From: Mizuhopecten yessoensis
Taxonomy: Eukaryota
NCBI RefSeq assembly: GCF_002113885.1
Contig: NW_018405386.1
Span: 1,549,744 to 1,613,743, forward strand
Direction: 5' to 3'
Length of the DNA: 64,000 nt
This document shows, piece by piece, positions 38,870 through 52,000 of this stretch. The stretch's first letter is position 1. Every line of letters begins with the position of its first letter. A model generated the notes under the pieces. That model had not been told where the DNA came from, made no database searches, and saw only the letters and a program-made list of their open reading frames with translations. Made by a program: the position numbers and the translations under genes.

Positions 38870-39290
38870 TAAACATACACCTTGACGGACCACATCGCCA
38901 CCTGAACACCTTTATTGATCCCTACACAAACACACACCTGAAATGACCACACACACCGCGAGCTGAATACTTTGAGTGATCCCGACCCAAATACACACCT
39001 TAACTGACCACATCGCCACCTGAACACCTTGAGTGATCCCCACCCAAACACACACCTGAAATGACCACTACGCTACTTGAACACCTTGAGTGGTCCCAAC
39101 CGAAACACACACCTTGAATTGCCACACCGCCACCTGAACACATTCAAAGATCCCGACCCAAATACTCACCATGGATGGCCACACCGCCACCTGAACACCT
39201 TGAGTGGTCCCGATCCAAACACGCACCTTGAATGGTCACACCGCTACCTGGACACTGAACAATGACCCAAGCATACACCTTAGATTGTCA
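38870..39290. repeat. About 60-bp degenerate tandem repeat
   Basis: CACACCTTRA..GACCACAYCGCCACCTGAACACCTTGAGTGRTCCC..CAAA units. Confidence 0.85.
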
Positions 39291-40480
39291 TTTAAGTTGT
39301 CCAGGTTGAAACACAGATATGAGCAATATCATACTACTTGGATTACGTCTGGGGTCTTGATTCAACCTTGGAACTATAATCCAAGTGTCATATGAAGGCT
39401 CTAAATGATTAGGATCCCGCGCTATAAACATATAAATGTTGGCTGAACATGAACGGGTATGAGCAATATCATACTACTTGGATTAGCCCCGGGGTCTTGA
39501 CTCTCCTTTGGAGACTTAATACAAGTGTTATATCCAGGTTCTACATGGTTTGTTTCGGGGTTATTTAAACCATATAAACAGGTCTCGACCGAATTTACTA
39601 TGAAACATCTGTAGTCCTCAGGGCATTGAAGTTAATTGTTGGGTGAAAGTAGAGTGTAGATCCTCCTCCAAACACCTAATGATCCGTTTGTGATGATTTG
39701 TTTTCACATGATTAAGGTTTTTATTCAAAAACGAAAATAGGTTCGGCGAAATATTTGTTAAATTTTATTGCATAAGGTTCAAATATCACATATAAACTAG
39801 GAAAACAGGCATACTAAGATTTTTTTTGACAAAGTACATAATTCATCAACATTATTATATAGTAGTGGTTCACGTATGACAAAGAACACAATACATAACT
39901 GGTGGATTACTTATGACATTGTACACTCTACATCAATGGTGGACCATGTATGTAATAGTACACTCGACATCAATGTTGGACCATGTATGACATACTTCAC
40001 AATGCACCAATGGTGGACCATGTATGGCATTGTACAATCTACATCAATGGTAGATCACACATTAGTACACACATTATCAATGAGATTTCTAATAACTTTA
40101 TACACAATGCAGCAAGGGACATAACTTATGACATTGTACGTAATTCATTAGCATGAATTATGTATGACTTAGTTAACTCATCACACGAGATTACAACCAT
40201 ATACAGTGCTCATTTGTTTGTCATGGTCTCTGCTTAATAAGCCTATATATGAAATAAGAAACGAGCGACCACAATTACACATCTCACACTCTAATAATAA
40301 TACAAATATACATAAACTGTTTATATCATATTTATAGCATTGTTATAACCATGGTGATAACATGAGTTGTCACTGGCAACTGACTGTGACATATTGTGAG
40401 GTATTAAATGTAAATAAAGATAAGGTATTCAAAAGTGGTCATAACAAAAGTTGAAAATACAAGTTAGAATTTATAGGATT

Positions 40481-43400
40481 TTATANTGCCTTGACGTAAA
40501 TTTGCCCGGCGATTTGGGATGCTACCTGGGAAGGATCAAAGATGTTGAGTGTGGTATTGGACTGGTAGGTCTGTGTGGCTGTTCCTATGGTAAATGTCAC
40601 GGTTAGTGGGGACGCAGTCAGAATCTGTTCAGAAATTCTTGAGTAATCCAGCTTATCATTGTCGTATGATATCTGAAATTTTTAAAAAAAATGAATATTT
40701 GTTAATATCGTAATTCGTATAACAGTGTCAGGTGAAATGATATTTCACAACAACACGATAACGACACCAAATTGTTTCTTCTATGACATATTCATCAATC
40801 CATACTTTGGCCAATGAAAACGTCACAAAGCGCACTTAATCTGTTACGGTCACAATATACCTTATCAAATCAAACAACAATGATTTAATGGATGTAATTT
40901 CCTTATGATCGTTTTATGTTATATTTGTAGAAAGTTTTTGCGAGTCCTGAAGGATTTGCATGAACGACAGAATGAACAAGAAGAATTTCAGTACTGACCT
41001 TAGTGATTATAGGGTTGGTCAAGACCTTTGACCACTCATACAATTTGGACATCCTGGCAAGGTCGTCAACTATCTGTTGTTGCTGCGTGGTGAATGTAGC
41101 CCCACAAACTGTGAAGGGAATTGAAACGAAATATAAAAAAAGTCATTTAAGAAGTCTCAAATGCGAATGTTATATCACTGCATAAAACTAGCATTCGGCA
41201 TCATTAGTAGTAATAAGAAACAAGAATTACATGAAAACAACAGGAAAATTTAAAAAAAAACTTCCGAGGCCGACTGTTAAACAGGTGCGATGTGTGTGTG
41301 AAATGTGTTCTCATGAATGTGTTTGCTTCGTGTTTTGTGTATGTGTACATGATAGTGTCGTACTAGTTTGTGTCGTGTTGTGTGTATGATACTAGCTTGT
41401 GTCGTGTTTTGTGTATGATACTAGTTTGTGTCGTGTTGTGTGTATGATACTAGTTTGTGTCGTGTTGTGTGTATGATAGTAGTTTGTGCCGTGTTTTGTG
41501 TATGATACTAGTTTGTGTCGTGTTTTTTGTATGTGTACTAGTTTGTATCGTGTTTTGTGTATGATACTAGTTTGTGTCGTGTTTTGTGTCTGATACTAGT
41601 TTGTGTCGTGTTTTTTGTATGTCTACTAGTTTGTATCGTGTTTTGTGTATGATACTAGTTTGTGTCGTGTTTTTTGTATGTGTACTAGTTTGTGTCGTGT
41701 TTTTTGTATGTGTACTAGTTTGTATCGTTTTTTGTGTATGATACTAGTTTGTGTCGTGTTTTGGGTCTGATACTAGTTTGTGTCGTGTTTTGTGGATGAT
41801 ACTAGTTTGTGTCGTGTTTTATGCATGTGTACTAGTTTGTGTCGTGTTTTGTGTATAATACTAGTTTGTGTCGTGTTTTATGCATGTGTACTAGTTTGTG
41901 TCGTGTTTTGTGTATGGTTTGTGTTATGTTATTTTGTAGATGCACTAGTTGTCGTGGTTTGTGCATGACCCTAGTTTGTGTCGTGTTTTGTGTACGTGTA
42001 CTTGTTTGTATTGTGTATGATACTAGTTTGTGTCGTGTTTTGGGTATGATACTAGTTTGTGTCGTGTTTTTTGTATGTGTACTAGTTTGTGTCGTGTTTT
42101 GTGTATGTCTACTAGTTTGTGTCGTGTTTTATGTATGTGTACTAGTTTGCGTCGTGTTTTGTGTATGGTTTGTGTGATGTTATTTTGTATGTGTACCAGT
42201 TTGTGTCGTGTTTTTTGTATGTCTACTAGTTTGGGTCGTGTTTTGTGGTTGTGATCGTGATTCTGTCGTGTTTTGTGTATGTACACTGGTTTGTGTCGTG
42301 TTTTGAGTATGGTTAATAGTTTGTGTCGTGTTTTGTGTATGATCCTAGTTTGTGTCGTGTTTTGTGTATGTGATCGTGATTCTGTTGTGTTTTGTGTATG
42401 TACACTAGTTTGTGTCGTGGTTTGAGTATGGTTACTAGTTTGTGTCGTGTTTTGTGTATGGGTGTTTGTTTGTGTTGTGGTATTTTTTAGGTGAACTAAT
42501 TGTCGTTTTGTGTATGATACTAGTTTGTGTCTTGTTTTGTGTATGATACTATTTTGTGTCGTGTTGTGTGTATGATACTATTTTGTGTCGTGTTGTGTGT
42601 ATGATACTAGTTTGTTTCGTGTTTTGTGTATGATACTAGTTTGTATCGTGTTTGGTGTATGATACTAGTTTGTGTCGTGTTTTTTGTATGTCTACTAGTT
42701 TGTGTCGTGTTTTATGTATGTGTACTAGTTTGCGTCGTGTTTTGTGTATGGTTTGTGTGATGTTATTTTGTATGTGTACTAGTTTGTGTCGTGTTTTTTG
42801 TATGTGTGCTAGTTTGTGTCGTGTTTTGTGTATGATATTAGTTTGTGTCGTGTTGTGTGTATGATACTAGGTTGTGTCGTGTTTTGTGTATGATACTAGT
42901 TGTTTGTGTCGTGTTTTGTGTCTGATACTTGTTTGTGTCGCGTTTTTTGTATGTCTACTAGTTTGTATCGTGTTTTGTGTATGATGGTAGTTTGTGTCGT
43001 GTTTTTTGTATGTGTACTAGTTTGTGTCGTGTTTTTTGTATGTGTACTAGTTTGTATCGTTTTTTGTGTATGATACTAGTTTGTGTCGCGTTTTGTGTAT
43101 GATACTAGTTTGTGTCGGGTTTTATGTATGTGTACTAGTTTGCGTCGTGTTTTGTGTATGGTTTGTGTGATGTTATTTTGTATGTGTACCAGTTTGTGTC
43201 GTGTTTTTTGTATGTCTACTAGTTTGTGTCGTGTTTTATGTATGATACTAGTTTGTGTCGTGTTTTGGGTATGATACTAGTTTGTGTCGTGTTTTTTGTA
43301 TGTCTACTAGTTTGGGTCGTGTTTTGTGTTTGTGATCGTGATTCTGTCGTGTTTTGTGTATGTACACTGGTTTGTGTCGTGTTTTGAGTATGGTTACTAG

Positions 43401-45954
43401 TTTGTGTCGTGTTTTGTGTATGGTTTGTGTTATGTTTTTTTGTAGATGCACTAGTTGTCGTGGTTTGTGCATGACACTAGTTTGTGTCGTGTTTTGTGTA
43501 CGTGTACTTGTTTGTATCGTGTTTTGAGTGTGTGTACTAATTTGTGTCGTGATTTTTGTAAATGGGTCGTGTTTTGTGTACGTGTGCAATTTAGTTTCAT
43601 GTTGTTTTTTGTATGTTTGCATCATGCTTTGTGTATTTAAGCAAGTTTTGTAGAGAACATTTTACGGTTATCATTTACTGGCGTGCTTTTACTGCTTACA
43701 TAGCGCACTGAGGTGACAATTATTTTATACATACATTCTTTAAAATATTGTGTTGTTAACTACGGGAATCCTAAAATATAGGTCGAAGCGTACCTGACTG
43801 GAATATTTCTGCCTCAGTCTTGGTGGTGATGTCAATTTGATCACACACCGGACATACGCTTGCCTGTCGCCTCATTCTGTTCAAAAGGGAGGTAGATCGT
43901 CTACGTCTACCAGAAAACAGACCTGAAATAAACCACAATACCAACAATAATAACAATACTAATTATAAACAACATTGCCAATTTTCGTGCAGTGAAATAT
44001 TCGTCCGTCATTTGTAAAATTCATATTCGCCCCGTATTAATTTCACCCCATTACATGCTATTTCTATAATGATATGTTCTATACTTATATTTGAGATTGT
44101 GGGTTAATGTCCACAGATTGGAAAGTGCTACCTTGTCCAGAGTTTGGAAAGGGCTATTTATAAATAAAAGATAGAATGATCGTTTCAGGATAATCAAAGA
44201 ATGTCTTATCTTTATTGTTCCATGTTTTATTTGAGTAGTTTTCACGTGGTATATACCTACCTCCGATACTATTCCCCAAGTCAGACAATCCACCAACAAT
44301 TTGAGTACCGACATCCGGAAGTGACGACATGACATTCCTTAGACCACTCAGAGCGGAGGTTGCGCCAGTTGAAATCAGATCAGGGAGGTTATTAAGTTTG
44401 GAAATAGTTGCCGTTCCAAATTTGGTAACACCGTTAACAAATCCACCGGAAGTACCTATTGCGTCCGTAATGGCTGCACCAAGATCGGTGAATTTTTGTC
44501 CAGCTGTGCTCAATGCCTTCTTAACTTCAGACACAGCTTTTTCGGCTTCATTGCCCAAGAAACTTCCGATACTTTTCAATGTAGATGTAGTGATTTTTGC
44601 AAATTGCTGACTTTTGCTACCCATGATGCCACCAAGATTCGCTATGTCTTGACTTGCTCCATTGAAAAAACTCTCCATGGCAACGACAGGTTTGTTGAGT
44701 TCGGAGACGATGCTGCTGAGCACATTGCCTGACGGTGCTGTAGCTCCAGGATTACTAGAAAACCCACAGTACCACACAAGTCAGTATAATATATCTCCGT
44801 CTATGATAGCGTTTTGGTTGCGTTAAAATATTAAAAACTTGACTATTATAACGACTTTTATAATGTTATTCAATTTGACAATAAACAATATATATATATA
44901 TATATATATGATATAAGATACATTGTTCTTCCCTTCATAAGCATTATATTCTGCTAACTATTTGTCTATGCTAGGGAAACAATAATCAATATTAATTGAT
45001 TTAATTTCAATACTTTGTCAAAAAGAAATGTAACAATCCAATGCGGAGAGTAATACTGTACACAGGTTTGTTATTTTCATAGATTCTTGAAAAACATCAA
45101 AGTTCTTTATCGTTTTCTGTCTCCTTTTCTCTCTCTACTTTCTGTCTTTCGTATCTACTTTTGCTTTTTCAGAAGTATCTCCCTAGGAGCCCGTCCTCAT
45201 TTGACCCCGGCTGTTGCAAGGACGTTAAACCACAAACAAACAAACAAACAAACAAACACACTTCGTCTCTTACCTTGCAACACATGTCTCGCAGTTGACA
45301 ATGGTTTGATTAATTTTTGTTTCACAATCCAGAATCAGGTCCTGTTGTCTGGCAAGAGTGACATTTACATTGTTTAGGATTTTCAGTATGAGTAACCCTC
45401 TTACTTCGTTATCAATATCTAAAAGAAAAAATACCAAATTACATTTTAATAGGTTAACACATATTTTCTAGTATATTTCAACAATAATACAACTAAAATA
45501 TATAACTACTACCCAAACAAATGACGTATTTATTTATCCTTTTTGTACTTTTTTCTCTCATCACATGTAAACCAAACGTAATTAATGGTGACGTCAATGT
45601 TCTGCCAATAACATAAACCGCGTTATTATCATTGATACTAGGTTAGTAAATAGAAGGTCCCCAACAAAAGGGGGGTTGGTTATCGTGTTTATCTCATTCG
45701 AGTTAGTAGATGTTCAAGTTGCATAAAGACAAGTGGTTTACCGAGCTGGCTTCATGGCATATACATGTGACCGATTTGCGTTCATATCAGCATGAAATCG
45801 AAAAACTATCATTTAATCTTTATATGATTACAACATATGATCACTAACCCTGTAGAGTTCTAGCGTTCACATCCACTGGTGTAGCTGCCAGCAATCCATG
45901 TATATAACCAAACACGACGAAACAGACACTCAGATACATCTTCATCAAGATCAT
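40481..45954 (-). CDS. Paralog D: most divergent family member, Gly/Ser/Ala-rich exon 3 and two furin sites (about 391 aa)
   Basis: complement join(45954..45849,45418..45274,44754..44261,43922..43794,41108..40999,40672..40481), 1176 nt in frame. Signal MILMKMYLSVCFVVFGYIHGLLA; CETKINQTIVNCETC; GLFSGRRRRSTSLLNRMRRQASVCPVCD; VCGATF..PIITK; ISYD..SQIAGQIYVKAX*. The last sense codon contains an n (40486), so the exact C-terminus is uncertain. Confidence 0.87.
41325..43585. repeat. 29-30-bp minisatellite filling the intron between coding exons 4 and 5 of paralog D
   Basis: TACTAGTTTGTGTCGTGTTTTGTGTATGA units; source of the many Cys/Val-rich spurious ORFs. Confidence 0.95.
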
Positions 45955-46813
45955 TATTTAAATCTGAAACACATGGAATAAAGAAAAGTTACAAAAGATT
46001 TGGAATCGCCTCTGTAAATTATAGTTTTCAAGACGAACGAAAAACCGGCGTTTTCGCAAATGAAAAGAAAACAGTATGCATGTTTCTCTCATGTCGTGAA
46101 ACGAGACATGTTCTGATTCTGAAAAAGAATGCATTCCACTGTCATCTATATTGGGATATTAATAAAAAAAAGGTTTTGATTTCGAATATTTTCAATCCTA
46201 CGACAAAGATACACACAATTTACATATTTTAATGTAAATATATCAAATGAGTCAAAAATATTTCGAATGAACTAATTCTGAATACTAGTAGCATGTCAAG
46301 TTTTTCTCTCATTTTTAAATACCAAGTATTTCATAATCTAGCTTCTCATCAAGACAATATACTGTAAATCTCCATTATAAGCCTGATTTGAAAATAGGCT
46401 TGACTTGAAAGTGGGCCCGACTTTAATGCAGTTAAACATATCTCGGAAATTAGCCGTCTTTGATATCAGGACGTTCTTGAAAACATGCCATGGTTTCCAG
46501 ATATATGAGCCACATTTTCTCTGTCGGTCTGAAGGTTTTTCAGCTCACCATCATATAACGTTATTTATTATTGCAATAAGTTGATAAAGGGTAAAAATAA
46601 CCAAAAATATGTACAACAATGCCTGGAAAATCAGCCGACCTTGAAAATATGCTCGTGATTCCTTACTGAAAGTGATAATAAGTGGCGGCTTATTTTCAAA
46701 ATTGTATGGTATATACATCAGAAGAATTTAAACATACAATAAACAAACTTATATACATATTTATACCAAAAAAAGGCTACCATTTAGAAACAAAGGTAGC
46801 CCCGGACACTTAC

Positions 46814-46885
46814 CTTCTGTTCGGCGTGACCTCAGCAATACTGTTCTTAAGTATAACTTCTTACCACTGGAAAAATCTTTATATA
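46814..46885 (-). promoter_or_regulatory. TATA box and short non-coding first exon of paralog D
   Basis: TATATAAA on - at 46885-46878; strong donor AAG|GTAAGT at 46814/46813; matching acceptor TTTCAG at 45964 just upstream of the ATG (45954). Confidence 0.6.
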
Positions 46886-49009
46886 GCCCAATGGGATATC
46901 ATAAAAACCCTAAGGGGATAGTAGTTCTCGGGACATTTGGAACAAACAAGACCTTCGTCACACACGACGGATCGTAGAATACATCAATGGTCAACTGGTC
47001 AAGTGGTCAACTTGTCCATCATTATAAACAACAGTTAGCTTCTTTATACGGCATAGTTTGTTTGCAAAAGTAACAAAGTGGTGGGTGATAAAATAAATTA
47101 AATTTGCGAAATTGCGTTAATGATATATAACAAAATAAGTCAGTATCATGCTACTTTTAATAACATAAGAAAACACTGTAAAATGAAGCTAACCAGTCGG
47201 AAATTTGGGAGCGTCATGGGTGGCCTTTATTTGTCTTAAGACTTGTTTATCATTATAATGTGACCAGACAATCGGAGGATATGTTGTCAAATTTAATATA
47301 TGTATTGTTTTGTTGTCGCAATTAAGCTTAGCAGCAATTGTTAACAGAAGAAATATCTATTCCATTGAGATAACCGATCTGAATTTTGAACTTCATGGTG
47401 AAATATTTATTATACAAAGAAAGTAAACAAGGCTTTGTATATAAAAGATGGTGCACAACACACTGGTCAGCAAATATAATGGACAGCGGTCAACGCGGTC
47501 TGACGTCAGGCCTCGGACAGATTAATGATTCCTAGAACAGTATAACTGTCGGACAAAGACGAATGTTTATACACAAAGTAGTTAGGTCTCGTATATTTAA
47601 TATCATGATATGTGTTTTGTCCGAGGTCAGAATACTATCTTTATGTGATATATGTTTTACTAAACGACTCATTCTATAATAAAAACAAACAAAATTAATC
47701 CTAGGTGAAATGAAACGCGTTCACCATTTCAATTCCTTGCATTTAAAACGCAAATCTATTGTCATTTGGACCTGGAAAGATAATGGATATTTTTTTCCCT
47801 TGATTGTGCATAAAATGATAATTATATGCTTCATAAATTTTGGATGGCTTACTAGTTTACCCATTCAAAAAAGAAACTATAGCGAGACTCAATTGTACCT
47901 ATATTTCGTAGCTGTTTTATGCGTGTTAATTTCTTAGTCTTAACACAATCTGTGATATCTAAGCTGTGTAACAAGCTGTGTAACGCAACTTCGTACCTCA
48001 AATTGGTATAAATGCAACATCGCTATATTTGACCCTAAGAAATTAATACCGATGACAGTTTAAAGACTGATCGCAAAAACAGGTTCAACAGTGCAAACAC
48101 GATGTTTGTGTTCAACTTTGTTAGTCTTATGAATAGAAATTTTAAAATCCCACTCTAGGCTCCACCTTCTTCAGAATTTTATTACGAAATAAAATCCCTC
48201 AACTTAAATCATTAAGTCAATTACACACAAAGATAGTATTTTTCATTTCAGAATATTTATTGTTCAGATTTTAGATACAAAGGAGTTTGGCAACAAACAA
48301 TGCCTATGAGCGCCCTCTCCTTATATAAATACACAGTTACACACATCTGTAGTGATGACAATTTGTATATAAATAGCTTTTTGCATATTTGATTTGGAGA
48401 TTGTTGATACAGAAACTAGATCACACAAACATCAGCTAAATGGACATCCCATACTAAACGTACAATTCTGTGCTGGTATCCTTCCAAACAGCAAAGTCAG
48501 GTGATGATTGATATATAAATAAGTGTAATCTAGTTAATGAACCTCTGAACCTTCTCCGGAATGCGTGTATTAATATTGATATCGAGTATTGCACATCCAA
48601 AAAGGAAAGATATGAGTATTTAATGGAATAGTGTCATTAAGAGTAGAAATGGAGTTCAATAGAGTTTGCCTTTGATTAGTATACAAAGTACAATGGAGGA
48701 AGAAGTGATCACAATCCTCAGCAGAAGAATTACAAGATAGTATTAAATCATAACGGTAAAAGCTATTTTTGTCATGAAAAATATACTGTCGAGTTATTGT
48801 AGTAGTGAGATGGGATCGTATAATTTACCAGACGAACTTGTAATCTCAACGTTATGAACATACTAAGACAGTCAAATATTAGAGAGTTTGAAATGATAAA
48901 CAATCAGTAACATTATAGAAATGTTTATTAGTGAGATGAAACGAATACAAAAAAACATCAAAAGAAAATCCAATCTGGTATTCGACAAAGTGTTAGTCGT
49001 TTATGACAT

Positions 49010-52000
49010 TTAGTATTCAAATACGTACTCATCCCAGATTTTCTCAGCAAGAAAATGGCCAAATAGGGAGTTGGTGTTGCCATGTAGGTCAAGTGTTGTG
49101 CTGGTGTCGGTATAAACCCTTGACTGATCACCAGCTCCGATACTGTAGGTCACATTGAACGGTGTGACAGTAAACACTTTCTTCAAAGGTATACTTATTG
49201 TATCTTCTGTCCTAAACGACACCTGTATTAAAAATATTATTTAATAATAATATTGTATTCGATTATATTTTGGAGGAAAATTGCACCGATAACAATATTT
49301 TAGGGTTTATCTTGTTGGTTTTATTTAAATGAATAGTTTTATTATTGAAACTTTATTGATAGATTTTAAAAGTACTTTAAGACATTATTATTATTTTTTT
49401 TTTTAAACATCATCTTGGGTAATTAGCGAATAATATATCGTTCGGTATTAGAAAAAAAAACATCACTAATTAAATTAAATTTGGAATTATTTTCTGAAAA
49501 GGAAGCGAATTTTGCTGGGTGGTCCATATGTTTGCGGTTCAATATGTGATAACTACCAAGACACATTACACTGAAACAAGCACATACATAGCAACCAATG
49601 GTAACATATCATACTAGTTATCGAGGTGAACGAAATCGGATGTATGTTTTCACGTAGCCTGTTATATCGGCCACCGTATCTGAAATCCTTCCTCAATTTA
49701 AAAGCATGGTTATGTGATAATTATTGTGCTTTCGTATTTATCGAAAACTACACGAAATTTAGTGATTAACATTTTACATAAAAAGCTGCAATGGGTAATT
49801 CATAACTTCTTAAAAATATATCACATTTCGTAAATTTATTCCAAATATGGCTACATCAAAGTGTCTATTCCATCATATTATACAACATTTATCAGATATG
49901 TAAAAACTTCTTGGTAGCTCTTCTTTTATCTTTTGAATTGTATTTTAATTATGCCAGTGCTTGTTTGGTTCGTTTCTGCCTATGTCCATTTAACAGCTAT
50001 GGTCATTTAGAGAAGTGCCAGGTTCTGGTGGTAAAGGAAAGCCTGAGTACCCGGAGAAAAACCACCGATTAGCGGCCAGTACCTATCCATGCACTTACCT
50101 GGGTAACGATTATATTTCCATCCTTCAGCCACTGGAATATGTTTACCATATTGGTATATTTATTTTTAAAGATGTTGTACACGGTATCGCCGCAGACTGA
50201 TTGTGAAGAGAAAACAAGAACATTTCATGTTACTGCTGTTTCGGTGTTACTGAGAACATATTTTATTCACATTTCTTTTCGTTTAGCTTTTTTCAAAACT
50301 AGATGCATATCAAAGCAAGGAAACATGTATTCTTAACCAAAACTGTGACCTCGAAAAGGGTAATTTCGATAGCATCATACTAACACAATCATTTAGTTTT
50401 CATGCATTCAATAATGAATTTTGGGATACTTACCATCCCTCCAAATTTCTTTCGCGGTTTTCGTTGCTGTGTCGATTAAGTCGCAGGAAGGACACCCTGA
50501 TGTTGCTCTTCTCCTTCTGAGTCCGAATAAACCTGCAGATACGTGAACATTTGTTGAAAAATAACAGAACAATATTAACCATATTTACATATTAGTGAGA
50601 ACGCTTATATTCTATAGTATATTGTTCTATTCTATCAAATTAATAAATTATTCATGAAATGACACAATACCACACTGTGTTCTGAAAGTTCAATTATATG
50701 TTCATCAATCGGAAGCGTAAAATATTTTGCATCCTGACCAATATTTTTATATTTTATATTACAATTATTCACAGAACTTGACAAAAAACAATTATTCATA
50801 AAAAACAAGGAACATTCTAAGAACATTAACTTTTTAACTAAAAAGATAAATTAAAATAATCAAAAGAAATAATCCGGAATTGCATTATTACCTTTAATGG
50901 CGTTACCAAATCTTTTGAAGTCTTTACCAATTGTTTTCCCTAAATTCGGTATTGTACTGGTGAAGAATTTGTCCAAACGCTTTCCTACAGTTTCAGTTGT
51001 AGCTGGTAGTCTACCAGTGAAAAAAGTATCAATCTCTTTGCCAATGTTCTTGACAGTTTTTGGAATAGTGCCTGTGACAAATATATCGATCTCTTTTCCA
51101 ATTTTGTCGACTGTTTCTGGAATTGTTTCCGTAAAAAAAGTTGGATCCTTTTCCAAAGTATCTTTAACTCCATTTCCGAAATTGTCCAAATCACTAGCGG
51201 CTGGGATAACACCTAAAATCACTTTATCATATCCAAAACTGTCTGGTGAATGGCCAGAATTGGGGTTCCTGTAAAAAGAGAAATAAAATATGTCGATAGT
51301 AACGTATACCATGGTGTATAAGGATGGAATTAAAACTCGAAGGCAACGAAGGGTAAAACCAGGAGGAACTATATAACCGTATGCAGAATGCGACTACAGA
51401 TACTTTAACAAAGCGAACACATTAATATATGTCCATAAGATACTGTTTACGCATAAAGTGGGTTGGAAACGTCCACCATTCATTATGTAAGTGAAAGACT
51501 TAAATAGTACGTTTCATATGTACATACCTTCCTATACAGGCCAGACAGGTATGAATAGTTTTGTTGATTTGCGTTTTGCATGCTAGCGCGGCTTCGTCAA
51601 ACTTTGTCTGTAGAGCAGGAAGTTCGGTTTGGTATCTGTTTTGATAATTTACTATTATATAAGTATTCAATTCTCTAGCCTCTGTAAAAAGAAATGTAAA
51701 ACATATTTAATTAAGTAAGCACATGTGTCCATTTCATTATAAGTATGAAACGAGTTCAGATTTATATTAATGGACCCGTATGAAATTAAACTAAAAATAA
51801 CAATAAAAAAACACAAAGTGACGATTCTCTGAACCTGGCGTCAACGCATATAGCCAAATCAATGCTCAAAGTAGATATGAAAAGACAACAGTAAGAATCG
51901 AGGTGGCAGCAATCACAAATCCTTCCAAAATCAGGAGCTTAAGGTAGGGGCCTTGAACGGGTAGATGTTTGTACCACCTGTTGTCATCATTTCTATAGCA

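Noticed and set aside
41780-43640. Cys/Val-rich ORFs resembling metallothionein or membrane proteins
   Set aside because: Products of the intronic 29-30-bp minisatellite.
50434-50532. GLFG next to a polybasic site, as in the influenza HA2 fusion peptide or nucleoporin GLFG repeats
   Set aside because: The motif lies before, not after, the cleavage site, occurs once, and is in a secreted protein with no transmembrane anchor.
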